Origin: an uncultured virus (IMG/VR IMGVR_UViG_3300008450_000021)
Taxonomy: Duplodnaviria; Heunggongvirae; Uroviricota; Caudoviricetes
DNA length: 64,000 nt
Virus record (IMG/VR): IMGVR_UViG_3300008450_000021
Strand: one strand, 5' to 3'
Within the stretch, counting starts at the first letter, position 1. Each line of letters starts with the position of its first letter. The notes below the pieces were generated by a model, which was not told the origin of the DNA, ran no database searches, and saw only the letters and a program-made list of their open reading frames with translations. Positions 1-9,188 of the stretch are shown piece by piece. The position numbers and the translations under genes were made by a program.

Positions 1-13
1 AAAATTTATTTTG

Positions 14-98
14 TACTCGGGGCGGGACTTGAACCCGCACGTCTTTAAAGGACACAGGATTTTAAGTCCTGCGTGTCTACCAGTTCCACCACCCGAGC
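14..98 (-). tRNA. tRNA-Leu (anticodon UAA)
   Basis: Minus strand GCTCGGG...CCCGAGT-A acceptor, D-arm GGTGGAACTGGTAGACAC, anticodon arm CAGGA-CT-TAA-AA-TCCTG, long variable arm, T-arm GCGGGTTCAAGTCCCGC. CCA not encoded. Confidence 0.95.
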
Positions 99-106
99 AT
101 TATTTG

Positions 107-249
107 TAGTCAGGGTAGGACTTGCACCTACACCGCTTCCGTTTACCCGCACGACGAACGCTGAAACTCCTACGGTTTACTCTTTCGAGTGACGGCCAAG
201 CTCTCCGTCTTTAATGTCGTGTTTTGCCTTTCTATTCAGCCACCTGACT
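107..249 (-). ncRNA. tRNA-like RNA 1 (143 nt) with anticodon arm replaced by a multi-stem insert
   Basis: Acceptor AGTCAGG/CCTGACT-A, D-like arm, T-arm GTAGG-TGCAAGT-CCTAC. Insert closed by CACGAC/GTCGTG contains GACGG/CCGTC and ACTC-GAAA-GAGT hairpins. Confidence 0.75.
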
Positions 250-251
250 AT

Positions 252-368
252 ATGCCTTTTTGAACAACGTTGAGAAGGCTAACTCTATCTCCTATACGAT
301 GAGACGGTACTAGTGAGCATTGTTAAGAGGCTTTACCGGTATTACGATCCCCTCGCGAGCGGGGCTAT
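252..368 (-). ncRNA. putative structured RNA between the tRNA-like elements
   Basis: GC-richer spacer with CCCC/GGGG hairpin, long stem GCCTCTTAACAATG/CGTTGTTCAAAAAGGC and internal TCTC/GAGA hairpin. Confidence 0.4.
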
Positions 369-370
369 TG

Positions 371-513
371 TAGTCAGGACAGGACTTGAACCTGTATAAC
401 TCATAACAGTTGGTGTGAGTTATTTAATCCATTAGACGAGGTAATCAATCCACTAACCAACATTGATAATCCCTCTCTTCTAACTTCTGCGTCTACCATT
501 CCGCCACCTGACT
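371..513 (-). ncRNA. tRNA-like RNA 2 (143 nt), Leu-type D-arm, extended anticodon and variable arms
   Basis: Acceptor AGTCAGG/CCTGACT-A, D-arm GCGGAATGGTAGACGC, T-arm ACAGG-TTCAAGT-CCTGT. Long hairpins TTAGA..ATCAAT/ATTGAT..TCTAA and ATAACTCA/TGAGTTAT. Confidence 0.8.
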
Positions 514-518
514 ATTTT

Positions 519-744
519 TCCTATCCTGAGATTCCAGATAGTAGATTTTAACGGTTTAGTTTTCTTGAAAACAAACACATTAGTGTCTTACCACATAAAA
601 CTAAAAAGCAGCATTACTGGGAGGAAACATGCCAGTATCCTTTATCCCCACGAGGTCGGCGTTTTTATTAGTAAGGATGTCCGGCCCAATACCCTATCCA
701 TTGTTTATGTCTTGGATTAAAGACTGCTGAGTATCTCTTACTCA
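519..744 (-). ncRNA. putative structured ncRNA (~225 nt) downstream of tRNA-Glu
   Basis: No ORF; series of stems GAGTA/TACTC, AGCAG/TGCTGCT, TACTGG/CCAGTA, TTTAGTTTT/AAAACTAAA, CTATCTG/CAGGATAG. Confidence 0.45.
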
Positions 745-747
745 TTG

Positions 748-819
748 TACTCCCTACGAGAATCGAACTCGTCTTTCCAGGATGAAAACCTGATGTCCTA
801 ACCGATAGACGAAAGGAGC
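748..819 (-). tRNA. tRNA-Glu (anticodon UUC)
   Basis: GCTCCTT...AGGGAGT-A acceptor, anticodon arm TCAGG-TT-TTC-AT-CCTGG, T-arm ACGAGTTCGATTCTCGT; 72 nt. Confidence 0.95.
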
Positions 820-823
820 ATAC

Positions 824-1078
824 TTAATATATCATTAACAAGTGACCTTCTTTTGAAATGACTCTTGTTATACTATAGTCCTCAGACAATGTACGAGCAG
901 ATACTTCTACTGCTTGTTGTAATAAACCATGTGCAAACGGATTCATAGGATCTATTAGTTTTTGTATTATAGTTGGATTATTTTTACCTATTTTAATCAT
1001 ATAAGCCTCCATTAGTTTAACACATTCATCTATGTTTAAGGGATGACCTCTAAAATATTTTATAATTAGGTCCTTCAT
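824..1078 (-). CDS. hypothetical protein
   Basis: 84-aa ORF; start overlaps the stop of the upstream gene (TAATG). Confidence 0.7.
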   Translation of the reverse strand: MKDLIIKYFRGHPLNIDECVKLMEAYMIKIGKNNPTIIQKLIDPMNPFAHGLLQQAVEVSARTLSEDYSITRVISKEGHLLMIY

Positions 1079-1863
1079 TATAATAAATATTCCTTAAACT
1101 TATTTATATTAAAGGTAATATCTCCCATTTTGCCATCCAAACTATCTTCAAAAAATTCTTCAATTTTATTTGATGGTTTAGTTAGCAAACCGTATTCTTC
1201 ATATATGATTCCTAAAATACCATTTATAATAGGTGAAGATGTATCAACTGAATTGATGTAGTTAAGTCCTTTGTAATATATAAATTCTTGAGGTAAACTA
1301 GCACCTAATAAATGGATATAGTGATTATCTAAAATATAACCTTGTTTTTTAAATGAAGTAACCAATTCAATCCTACCCATCATTTGATTAACTAGTTTAT
1401 TTGGATGATGAAATAAACGTTGATACACCTCAGATGAATGATTAAATGCAAAATGTTTAAAACCTAAATCAATACATTTATCATATAAATTAATAAAATC
1501 TTCAACTGTTTTACCCTGTAGTACAACCATTAGTTTGGTTTCTGATGGTAATTGTGCTTTAAGAGTATTCATCCAATATTTAGCGTTTTTATAAGTGGCA
1601 CTAGTATTGTTCCAAGCATCAGGTGTAATAAAAATATCAGGTTTAATTAAGTTAATTTTTTCAATTAAGTCCTCATTTGTATGAGTCACACCTTCAAATA
1701 ACCCATTATCCATAATAATAAAACGTTCATCAAGTCTAGTCTGTAGAAAATAGTTTTTATACATTTCATACTTGTCTAACAGATGAGGTAAACAATAATC
1801 GTAATCATTAAAATGTTTACTGCGTTCTAGTAACGCTAAAGGGACTTCATGTGATACTTTCAT
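1078..1863 (-). CDS. TGT/DpdA-like guanine transglycosylase family TIM-barrel protein
   Basis: Motifs IMDNGLFE, ITPD, VVLQG, HLLG, SVDTSSP match tRNA-guanine transglycosylase/DpdA-type motif order. Likely start MKVSHE at 1863, after promoter and terminator. Confidence 0.65.
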   Translation of the reverse strand: MKVSHEVPLALLERSKHFNDYDYCLPHLLDKYEMYKNYFLQTRLDERFIIMDNGLFEGVTHTNEDLIEKINLIKPDIFITPDAWNNTSATYKNAKYWMNTLKAQLPSETKLMVVLQGKTVEDFINLYDKCIDLGFKHFAFNHSSEVYQRLFHHPNKLVNQMMGRIELVTSFKKQGYILDNHYIHLLGASLPQEFIYYKGLNYINSVDTSSPIINGILGIIYEEYGLLTKPSNKIEEFFEDSLDGKMGDITFNINKFKEYLL

Positions 1864-1875
1864 AACTTTATTTTT

Positions 1876-1909
1876 TATAAAGATAAAAAAGGCCTCGTAA
1901 GAGGCCAAA
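1876..1909 (-). promoter_or_regulatory. Bacteroidota-type promoter overlapping an intrinsic terminator
   Basis: Minus strand TTTG-N20-TATCTTTA; spacer is hairpin GGCCTC-TTAC-GAGGCC followed by a T run. Confidence 0.6.
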
Positions 1910-1915
1910 TTTTTC

Positions 1916-4255
1916 TTAAACTACTTGAGTAACTGTTGCTATTATTGAAGGTATAGCTGGAATGTTGCCTGTAGCCGTTGCATACAAAAATTGAGTATTT
2001 GTTTGATCAGTTTGATATGCTATTTCAATATATGAACCTGACTCAAATGTATCCATAAAATTCCAAGCAGGAACATGGTAAGTATTGTTTGATGTAGGTC
2101 CTATTTTAGTGCCTGAATTAGTGATGTTTACACCATTTTTCTTAAACCAAATATCAACTGTGGCTCCAGTTTGAGTAAATAATTGAGCTGAAAATTGTAA
2201 ATTATATAAACCTGTATTTGCAAATGTTATTCTACTATTGTTAGTTAATGATATTCCACTTGATGTAGCTACAGTACTATAAATAAATGACCCAGAAACA
2301 TTTTGAGTTGGTGATATACTTGCTGTATGGAATAATGAAATATAGTTAAATTGTTTTTGACCATTTACAAAAAAACTACCTGTTAAATTTAATGATCCTG
2401 TTATAGATACAGGAGCATTTATATCAACTAATGAAGATGAAAATGACTGTAATGTTCCAGAAACATAAGTTATAGTATTAACATTACTTGTTGGGTCTGA
2501 CGTAGAATTAAAACCGGCTGTATTAACTAAATCATTTCCAAAATTAGTACTGGTTAGTCCAGATAAAGTAACAGTAACTCCATTTTCTAAAGTATTCTCA
2601 GAAATAGCTGATTTTACATACCACTGACTGCTTCCAGAGTCATAAACATATAATTTATAAGATTGGATAGTTCCACTTGGTGATAGAGTTATTTGTGGTC
2701 TTGGTGAAAATCCAAAAGTAAAGTCATTATAGAAATTATTATCAGCTGAAGCTGTAAAAACTGGGCTTACTTGGGTTTCATCACCACCAGATACACCAGC
2801 ATAATATACATCAAAATTAGAATCCCATTGGGAGCTACCAAGATTAGTATTTAAAAATCCACTACCATTAAATGATGCTGTTGTAGGTTCATTTGAAGAA
2901 CTTATAGATGAAGATAATGAAGAACTAGCTCTAAATAATCTTCTTCCATCTAATGTATTCATTAACAATGAACCAGTCATCTCAGCTATACCAATATTTC
3001 TAAATGTTGATGAACCTGATACTACTAATGAGCCAGTAATATTAGTATTACCATTTATGTTTTGTGTTCCAACAAAATTATTTGAACCGGTAGTAGCAAA
3101 TACAGATGAAGCAGTACTATTTAATGTTAAAGCATTTGTTGAGAATGAAGCACTTACAGCGCGAGAAGCACTTACAGCATTTAAAACATATGAAGCAGAG
3201 ACCGCATTTAAAACATATGATGCTGTTGTAGCAAATGAAGAACTAACAGCATTTAAAACGTATGAGGCCGTTGTTGCAAACGAACTTGAAACCGCGTTTA
3301 GAACATATGAAGCAGTTGTAGCAAATGAAGCACTTGTAACACTACCTCCATAGAATGAAGCTGTTGTAGCAAATGAACTTGAAACCGCGTTTAGAACATA
3401 TGAAGCTGTAGTTGCTGTACCTAATAATGATCCTGTTACACCAGCAGTAACATTTAATGAACCTGTGATAATGGTATTACCTAAAATATCTATTGGGGCA
3501 TTTGAGGTTTGTTTATTGAAACTAAAAAATCCATTAGCCCCAGCATTACTAGCTGACATAAATAAAGAACCTACACCACCTATACCTATAGCTAATCTAT
3601 CAATAGGTTGAGCATACCAAAAGAATCCCTTATTATCATTTCCTGAGTTTACAGCAAAACCAATACTATCTGATGCTATGTCTTTAGCAGTTATTAATGC
3701 TGTATTATTACTACCAATTGCTGTTATAGATCCAGTTATTATATTTGCTGATCCACTTGAATATATATTAGAGCTAACTAATGATTGGTTACCATTAGAC
3801 ATTGGAACTCTATATTGAGGAATACTTGCTTCTGTACCTAAACCTCCTGTACCTACAGGGCCTGTTAATAATATTGCACTACTAGTGACAGAACCTGTTA
3901 TATTTCTATATATCCAATATTTGTTTAAAGAATCCCAAGCGAGAGATGATGTAGCTATTGATGCTCCTGAGTCAAGAACATCATATATACCATAACGTAT
4001 TGTAGGACTAGATATAGATACTGCAAATGTTGAGGCACTAATTACTGTGATAGAGGATGTAGTATATGTAAAGGAACCAGTGCCTAATACTGTTAAATTA
4101 CCCTGTATTGTTTGGTTACCAATAAAAGTGTTTGAACCGGTAGTAGCATATGCTCCCGATATGGAATTGATAGATCCTGTAAGAAATTGGAAATTTCCAT
4201 CTAATTCTGCGTGGGTTAATGGAGATCCTTTGGTTAATCTATATACTAATGGCAT
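1916..4255 (-). CDS. virion fibre/decoration protein with Ser/Thr repeats and C1q/BclA-like C-terminal domain
   Basis: N-terminal KGSPLTHAELDGNF motif typical of T4-like fibre proteins; tandem TASYVLNAVSSSFA repeats; C-terminal beta-sandwich GLYNLQFSAQL..VDIWFKKNG. Confidence 0.7.
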   Translation of the reverse strand: MPLVYRLTKGSPLTHAELDGNFQFLTGSINSISGAYATTGSNTFIGNQTIQGNLTVLGTGSFTYTTSSITVISASTFAVSISSPTIRYGIYDVLDSGASIATSSLAWDSLNKYWIYRNITGSVTSSAILLTGPVGTGGLGTEASIPQYRVPMSNGNQSLVSSNIYSSGSANIITGSITAIGSNNTALITAKDIASDSIGFAVNSGNDNKGFFWYAQPIDRLAIGIGGVGSLFMSASNAGANGFFSFNKQTSNAPIDILGNTIITGSLNVTAGVTGSLLGTATTASYVLNAVSSSFATTASFYGGSVTSASFATTASYVLNAVSSSFATTASYVLNAVSSSFATTASYVLNAVSASYVLNAVSASRAVSASFSTNALTLNSTASSVFATTGSNNFVGTQNINGNTNITGSLVVSGSSTFRNIGIAEMTGSLLMNTLDGRRLFRASSSLSSSISSSNEPTTASFNGSGFLNTNLGSSQWDSNFDVYYAGVSGGDETQVSPVFTASADNNFYNDFTFGFSPRPQITLSPSGTIQSYKLYVYDSGSSQWYVKSAISENTLENGVTVTLSGLTSTNFGNDLVNTAGFNSTSDPTSNVNTITYVSGTLQSFSSSLVDINAPVSITGSLNLTGSFFVNGQKQFNYISLFHTASISPTQNVSGSFIYSTVATSSGISLTNNSRITFANTGLYNLQFSAQLFTQTGATVDIWFKKNGVNITNSGTKIGPTSNNTYHVPAWNFMDTFESGSYIEIAYQTDQTNTQFLYATATGNIPAIPSIIATVTQVV
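3160..3425 (-). repeat. tandem 42-nt (14-aa) coding repeat TASYVLNAVSSSFA
   Basis: About five to six degenerate copies visible in DNA (e.g. gtagcaaatgaa...aacatatga) and in protein. Confidence 0.85.
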
Positions 4256-4299
4256 ATTATTATTTAGTTTACCAATAAATATTAAAAAATATAATATTC

Positions 4300-4611
4300 C
4301 TACTCAGTTTCTTCAGTGTTTATATCTATTGCTGATAGTAGCTGTTCCAATTTTTGGTGTATTTCCGTTGCTTTTTCTATCTTTTCAGATGGAGTAAGAC
4401 TATCTTGGTTTTTTTCTAGTAATTCTGCCTGCTCTTTTAAGGCTTTTAACATTTCTATATCCATAGTAGTATTATTTTTAATATATTTTGGTGTATAAGG
4501 GCAATGTCTGCATTTATTACCGCAGCAAAATCCGCGTTTAACGTGAAATAGGGCGGTAAATACCACCCTATCTCCGTCTTTATAATAATCTATATTTAAA
4601 CTATCTCGCAT
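4300..4611 (-). CDS. DUF5522-like Cys-rich small protein with helical C-terminal extension
   Basis: HxKRGFCCGNKCRHCPY motif; ATG at 4611 overlaps the end of nrdJ. Confidence 0.7.
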   Translation of the reverse strand: MRDSLNIDYYKDGDRVVFTALFHVKRGFCCGNKCRHCPYTPKYIKNNTTMDIEMLKALKEQAELLEKNQDSLTPSEKIEKATEIHQKLEQLLSAIDINTEETE

Positions 4612-6449
4612 GCTCCACCAGCACAAGCGGCTTGATCCATTAATGCTGTTTCATCACTATACTCTACTACTTTAGATAGATCCAATGAATGTAGATGACC
4701 AACACGTTCATTAAATTCAGCCTCAGTTATAGTTTCAAATGGAGCTTGTGTATATGTTCCTAAATCTTCAGGTAAGAATGATAATGCAGTAAAATATTCT
4801 TTATTATCCCATAACCACTCACCTACAGTTTCCCATTCTTGTTGTTTGATATTTACTGTAGCTGAAACGTTATGCATATTGCTTCCTTTTCTGTGGCCTG
4901 GTTTAATCCACTCTTTATTGAATTTTTTAATTCTTTCTAACAATTCAATTGCCGTTTCTTTAGGACGTGTAATAGAGCCTACTGGTGCCTTTTGAGGAAT
5001 AGTTACAATCGCTTGAATATGTGGTTTAAAGAAATCATCTTCTAATAATTCTGGGTGGTGGATTTGGAGGTGGGTATATAATGCCTCATTCTTACCAATA
5101 CGAATTCTTCTTAAATAGAAATCATCGTGCCAAGCATGAATACCACTTGAAGTACCTAATACTAATGATGTAGTTCCTGATGGTTTTACACATGTAACAC
5201 GAGCTGCTTTATTAATTCCTAATATTTCAGCAACGCGAGCGTTTTCCTCTGTTGCTGTTTTAGCTGCTTCTTTTAAGCTAAAATTTAATACTGCTCCTGA
5301 AGCAATACCAGTCATTCCGATACCCAATAGTGCTTCTTTTTCAGTTGTTTTTTTCCATACATCTCTTAAATAATGGAAATCAGTATATGATGCTTGTAAT
5401 GTACCTATAAATGCTGCTGCTTTTACTCTAGCGTTTAAATCTTCCTGTGATTCAATAGTTGAAGCATTTACTTCACATAAATTACAGAATTGATTAGGAC
5501 GTAAGTTAATTTCAGCACAAGGATTAGTACCTGCATCTTTATCATTTGAAAATATAAATCCTGGTTCACCTGAATTGCTTAGTTCAATTTTTTTCCATAA
5601 ATCAAGAAATATATCTTTTTCAATTTTAGATTTAATTAATACTGCTGTATTATTTGCTCTTCCGCGTTGTGGGTTTTGTTCCCACCAATTACCGAATTTG
5701 CAAGTTAGCATGTCTTCATCATCTAGATTAAATAAAGCAATTAAAGCTGCTCTTCTAATACCACCTGACAATACAGCATCTGCTAAATGACAAATAATAT
5801 CATGACATTCTAATGATGTTAATTTATCTCCGTCTTGTTTTCTATCTAAAATAGCTTGTACATGTATTAAAGCAATTTTTAAAGGCTCAGGTCCAGGTGC
5901 TTTACCACCTACAGTAATTAACTGAGCACCTTTAGGACGAATATCTCTAAAATCAAATAAAGGTGCTGGCCCTCCACGTAAATAGGCTTTCATTAATACT
6001 TTAACTGCATCAGCCCATCCTTCAATTGAATCACCTACTAAATAACGTTTTGATTTTAGTGGTTTTCTTACCTCAGGTAATTTTTCAATATGGTGTTGTT
6101 GTACTGAGTATCCTACTCCACATCCTGATAATAATAAAAACATTATTTCTGAGAACGATGCTAAATCATCAATAGGAAGATATGAACAGTTAAATACTCG
6201 AGCATTATTTATCTCAATTGGTTTACCAGCAAATTGCATTGAACGCATTGATGGTAATACTTTTTTATCATATACAAATTTATATGCATTTTCAATTTCT
6301 TCAGCTAAATGAGGAAATTTCTTTAAATGCATATTTTTATTACGATCAACTAATTCATGCCATGTCTCTCTTCTATTTAATTCAGGATTAAATTTGGCGT
6401 ACTTCATGTAGACAGTGATGTCACTCAAGATACTTTGTTCTATGTTCAT
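4596..6449 (-). CDS. nrdJ: class II (adenosylcobalamin-dependent) ribonucleotide reductase
   Basis: TNPCAEI active site, VKPSGTTS, FNCSY, C-terminal CAGGAC cysteine pair; no nrdB partner nearby. Confidence 0.92.
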   Translation of the reverse strand: MNIEQSILSDITVYMKYAKFNPELNRRETWHELVDRNKNMHLKKFPHLAEEIENAYKFVYDKKVLPSMRSMQFAGKPIEINNARVFNCSYLPIDDLASFSEIMFLLLSGCGVGYSVQQHHIEKLPEVRKPLKSKRYLVGDSIEGWADAVKVLMKAYLRGGPAPLFDFRDIRPKGAQLITVGGKAPGPEPLKIALIHVQAILDRKQDGDKLTSLECHDIICHLADAVLSGGIRRAALIALFNLDDEDMLTCKFGNWWEQNPQRGRANNTAVLIKSKIEKDIFLDLWKKIELSNSGEPGFIFSNDKDAGTNPCAEINLRPNQFCNLCEVNASTIESQEDLNARVKAAAFIGTLQASYTDFHYLRDVWKKTTEKEALLGIGMTGIASGAVLNFSLKEAAKTATEENARVAEILGINKAARVTCVKPSGTTSLVLGTSSGIHAWHDDFYLRRIRIGKNEALYTHLQIHHPELLEDDFFKPHIQAIVTIPQKAPVGSITRPKETAIELLERIKKFNKEWIKPGHRKGSNMHNVSATVNIKQQEWETVGEWLWDNKEYFTALSFLPEDLGTYTQAPFETITEAEFNERVGHLHSLDLSKVVEYSDETALMDQAACAGGACEIV

Positions 6450-6468
6450 ATTTGTTTTTATTTAATTG

Positions 6469-6729
6469 TTAAGAAAATTGTTTGATTAACTCAATTATAA
6501 CACTTTTAGGTTTTACACCTGTAAATCGGTGCAATTCTTGCCCGTTTTTAGACAAGATAACTGTAGGTACTGAGGAAACATTGTCATTCATTGCTGCCTC
6601 TTTGTGCATATCTACATCAATCGTAACAAAATTAGCATTTGGTAACTCACTTTGTATTTCATTCATAATAGGTGCTAGCGCTTTACATGGGCCACACCAA
6701 GTTGCTGTATAACGTTTAACTGTAATCAT
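6469..6729 (-). CDS. trxA: thioredoxin
   Basis: WCGPC active site and SVPT cis-Pro motif; adjacent to RNR. Confidence 0.95.
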   Translation of the reverse strand: MITVKRYTATWCGPCKALAPIMNEIQSELPNANFVTIDVDMHKEAAMNDNVSSVPTVILSKNGQELHRFTGVKPKSVIIELIKQFS

Positions 6730-6763
6730 AATTTTTATTTTTGGGTCTATAAATATAAGAATA

Positions 6764-8146
6764 TTACTGATAAGATAAAAATTTACTACGAAGAATTTGC
6801 TTATCTTCGTCCCCTACTTCTGAATAATCATTAGTACGTTTATTTTTACCTTTTAGTTCAGGTGTGTCTTCATCGTCCAATGGCTGATCATATATATCTA
6901 TATATCCTGTAGATGTATTTATATGAGAACCAAAAGTTAATCCGTCTGCTCCGTATCTATTTTTAATAAAATGCCAATTACCTGTTCCATTTACTTTATC
7001 TTTTCTACCTCGTGCTAAGGATATAATAATATCACCAATCATGATTTTATCATACGAACCAGCTGCATTTTCAGCTTGTAAAATTCCTTTATCAGCACCT
7101 GTTCTATTTGCTTGTGAAGGTGATACTACAGGTATTCCTAATTCTTTAGCTAATCCTTTTACATCAGTATAAACATCATCAATTTCTTCTTTACGTTCTT
7201 TTCTTCCTTTAGTACGTAATAAATCTAAATAATCAATAATGATTAAATCTGGTTTGAATTCGTTTTGGTGTTCTAACTGTTGTAAATGAGACTCAATTGT
7301 ATCTAATGATGCTCGTTTAGGGGCATATTCTTTAATTACAATTTTACCTTTTACTTTAGATATAGCATCTTGTACGGCATCACGATGTTTATCTAATTTA
7401 TCAACGTCTATACCTGAGAATACAGCATCATATCTCTTACCTACATATCCTTCAGATAATTCTAAAGTATAATGTACTACGTTATATCCTAAAGCAGCAG
7501 CATAAGCTCCCATTGCTATCACACCCCATGATTTTCCACCACCTGGATTACCGAATAATAGTACTAGATCACCTTTACCATATCCTCCTTGTGTTAACTC
7601 ATTAAATACTTTCCAAGGAAATGGAATAGCTCTTCTATCATCATCCCTATAACGAGACTCAACATCAGCCTCGTAAATATGGCCTATGTTTTTATCTTCA
7701 CCTGCTTTTAAAGCGCGATTAATTAATTGTTTAATACCATCATAATCACCTAAACTCAATAAATCAACAGAAGTCATGATTGCTTTTTTCATCTGTTGGT
7801 TTTGGCAAAAATTAGAGAATTCTTTTTCAACCCATTCTAAATCACTTGCGTCTGCCAATTTATATGCTTCACGAATTGATTCAACTAAAGATATTCTTAA
7901 TACATCATTGTCTATCTTTTTGATTTCAATTGATAATGTTTCAGCAGTAGGATAAGTATGATATTGTTCAAAATATTTTATAATATAGTCAACAACCCAT
8001 TTATGAGATGGATTTTCAAAATATTCACTATCAAGTGAATCAGATATATTTAATAAAAAATCACGTTGAGTCAATAATGCTCCTAACACTTTAACCTGGA
8101 AAACACTACCGTAATTTTGTAATTTATTTAATGTTGAATTTGTCAT
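6764..8146 (-). CDS. dnaB: replicative DnaB-like helicase (T4 gp41-like)
   Basis: Walker A GNPGGGKS, YTLEL, IIIDYLDLL, SQANR and KNRYG motifs. Confidence 0.92.
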   Translation of the reverse strand: MTNSTLNKLQNYGSVFQVKVLGALLTQRDFLLNISDSLDSEYFENPSHKWVVDYIIKYFEQYHTYPTAETLSIEIKKIDNDVLRISLVESIREAYKLADASDLEWVEKEFSNFCQNQQMKKAIMTSVDLLSLGDYDGIKQLINRALKAGEDKNIGHIYEADVESRYRDDDRRAIPFPWKVFNELTQGGYGKGDLVLLFGNPGGGKSWGVIAMGAYAAALGYNVVHYTLELSEGYVGKRYDAVFSGIDVDKLDKHRDAVQDAISKVKGKIVIKEYAPKRASLDTIESHLQQLEHQNEFKPDLIIIDYLDLLRTKGRKERKEEIDDVYTDVKGLAKELGIPVVSPSQANRTGADKGILQAENAAGSYDKIMIGDIIISLARGRKDKVNGTGNWHFIKNRYGADGLTFGSHINTSTGYIDIYDQPLDDEDTPELKGKNKRTNDYSEVGDEDKQILRSKFLSYQ

Positions 8147-8165
8147 AAACCTTTATTTTAATATA

Positions 8166-9188
8166 CTAAAAATTGTCTAGCCCTCCAAAAATTTGATTAA
8201 GCCAGTTTGATGTATTAGGTATGCTTTCACCTAAATGGTCTGCTAAATACATCTGCATAAACACGTGTTTATTTAATGAGAATTGATTATTGAAACTTTG
8301 TTGTATTTCTTTTTTATTTTCATCAGATAACGGAATAGTTTGCAAATCCATTAACTGTTTGTTTATGTGTAGTTGATGTGATCTTTCTATAACAGATGAA
8401 TATAAAGCATGTTCATTAATCTTGGTTTTAGAATACTCTATTATCTCATCTAAACTAATCTTTTTATTTTCATTTAAAATAGGAAATAGTTTAAGTAATT
8501 TTTTAGGCCCTAAACCAGGTACACCAGGTAAATTATCTGATTGATCACCCATTAATATCTTATAATTTACAAAATTCAGATGGTCAATTTCATATTCGGT
8601 TTTTACATCTTCAGGTTTGTATATTTTTTTCTTAACAGGTGAATAAACTTGTGTTTTATCGCTTATTAACTGTAAGAAATCTTTGTCAGCGGACATAATG
8701 GTGACTTCTTTAGTTAGCGCGAAATTCTCAAATTTAACCGCGAGATAACCGATAACATCATCAGCTTCAATACCATCTATACAGATTATACTAACTGGTA
8801 GGCATTTAAGGTATTGAATTAGTCTACTAATTTGATTATTGATAGCTTCGCTTTCCTCTTCCTTACTACTAAATATAGAATAATTAGTCATACGACTTTT
8901 ATTCCTATTTGCTTTATAGTCGGGATATAGATTTCTTTTATTGTTCGATCCTCCTACACCATCAAATACAATAACTACCTTAGTTGGATCTATCAGTTTT
9001 ATAGCATACCCAATTGATTTTAAAAACCCAGTGAGCCCACCTATGTGGGCTCCATCTGGATTTATGTGGTTTATCATCGTAAATGATCTTAGGAAAGCGT
9101 TTAACCCATCAATTATTAAAATTGAGTCTTGAGCATTACGAGGATTATTATTTATGTTGGCTAAAAGTTGGGCATACTTATTCTTCAT
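8166..9188 (-). CDS. 5'-3' exonuclease / flap endonuclease (T4 RNase H-like)
   Basis: IIDG, VFDG, YKANR, EADD, SADKDFLQL, GDQSDNLPGVPGLGPK motifs. Confidence 0.92.
   Translation of the reverse strand: MKNKYAQLLANINNNPRNAQDSILIIDGLNAFLRSFTMINHINPDGAHIGGLTGFLKSIGYAIKLIDPTKVVIVFDGVGGSNNKRNLYPDYKANRNKSRMTNYSIFSSKEEESEAINNQISRLIQYLKCLPVSIICIDGIEADDVIGYLAVKFENFALTKEVTIMSADKDFLQLISDKTQVYSPVKKKIYKPEDVKTEYEIDHLNFVNYKILMGDQSDNLPGVPGLGPKKLLKLFPILNENKKISLDEIIEYSKTKINEHALYSSVIERSHQLHINKQLMDLQTIPLSDENKKEIQQSFNNQFSLNKHVFMQMYLADHLGESIPNTSNWLNQIFGGLDNF

Noticed and set aside
107..513. tmRNA or group I intron-containing tRNAs
   Set aside because: No Ala acceptor identity, no evident tag reading frame, and inserts of under about 90 nt are too short for a group I core.
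3160..3425. Tandem repeats as a possible CRISPR array (also about 32815-32960)
   Set aside because: Repeats are in-frame, vary mainly at codon third positions and lack unique spacers; no cas genes are present.
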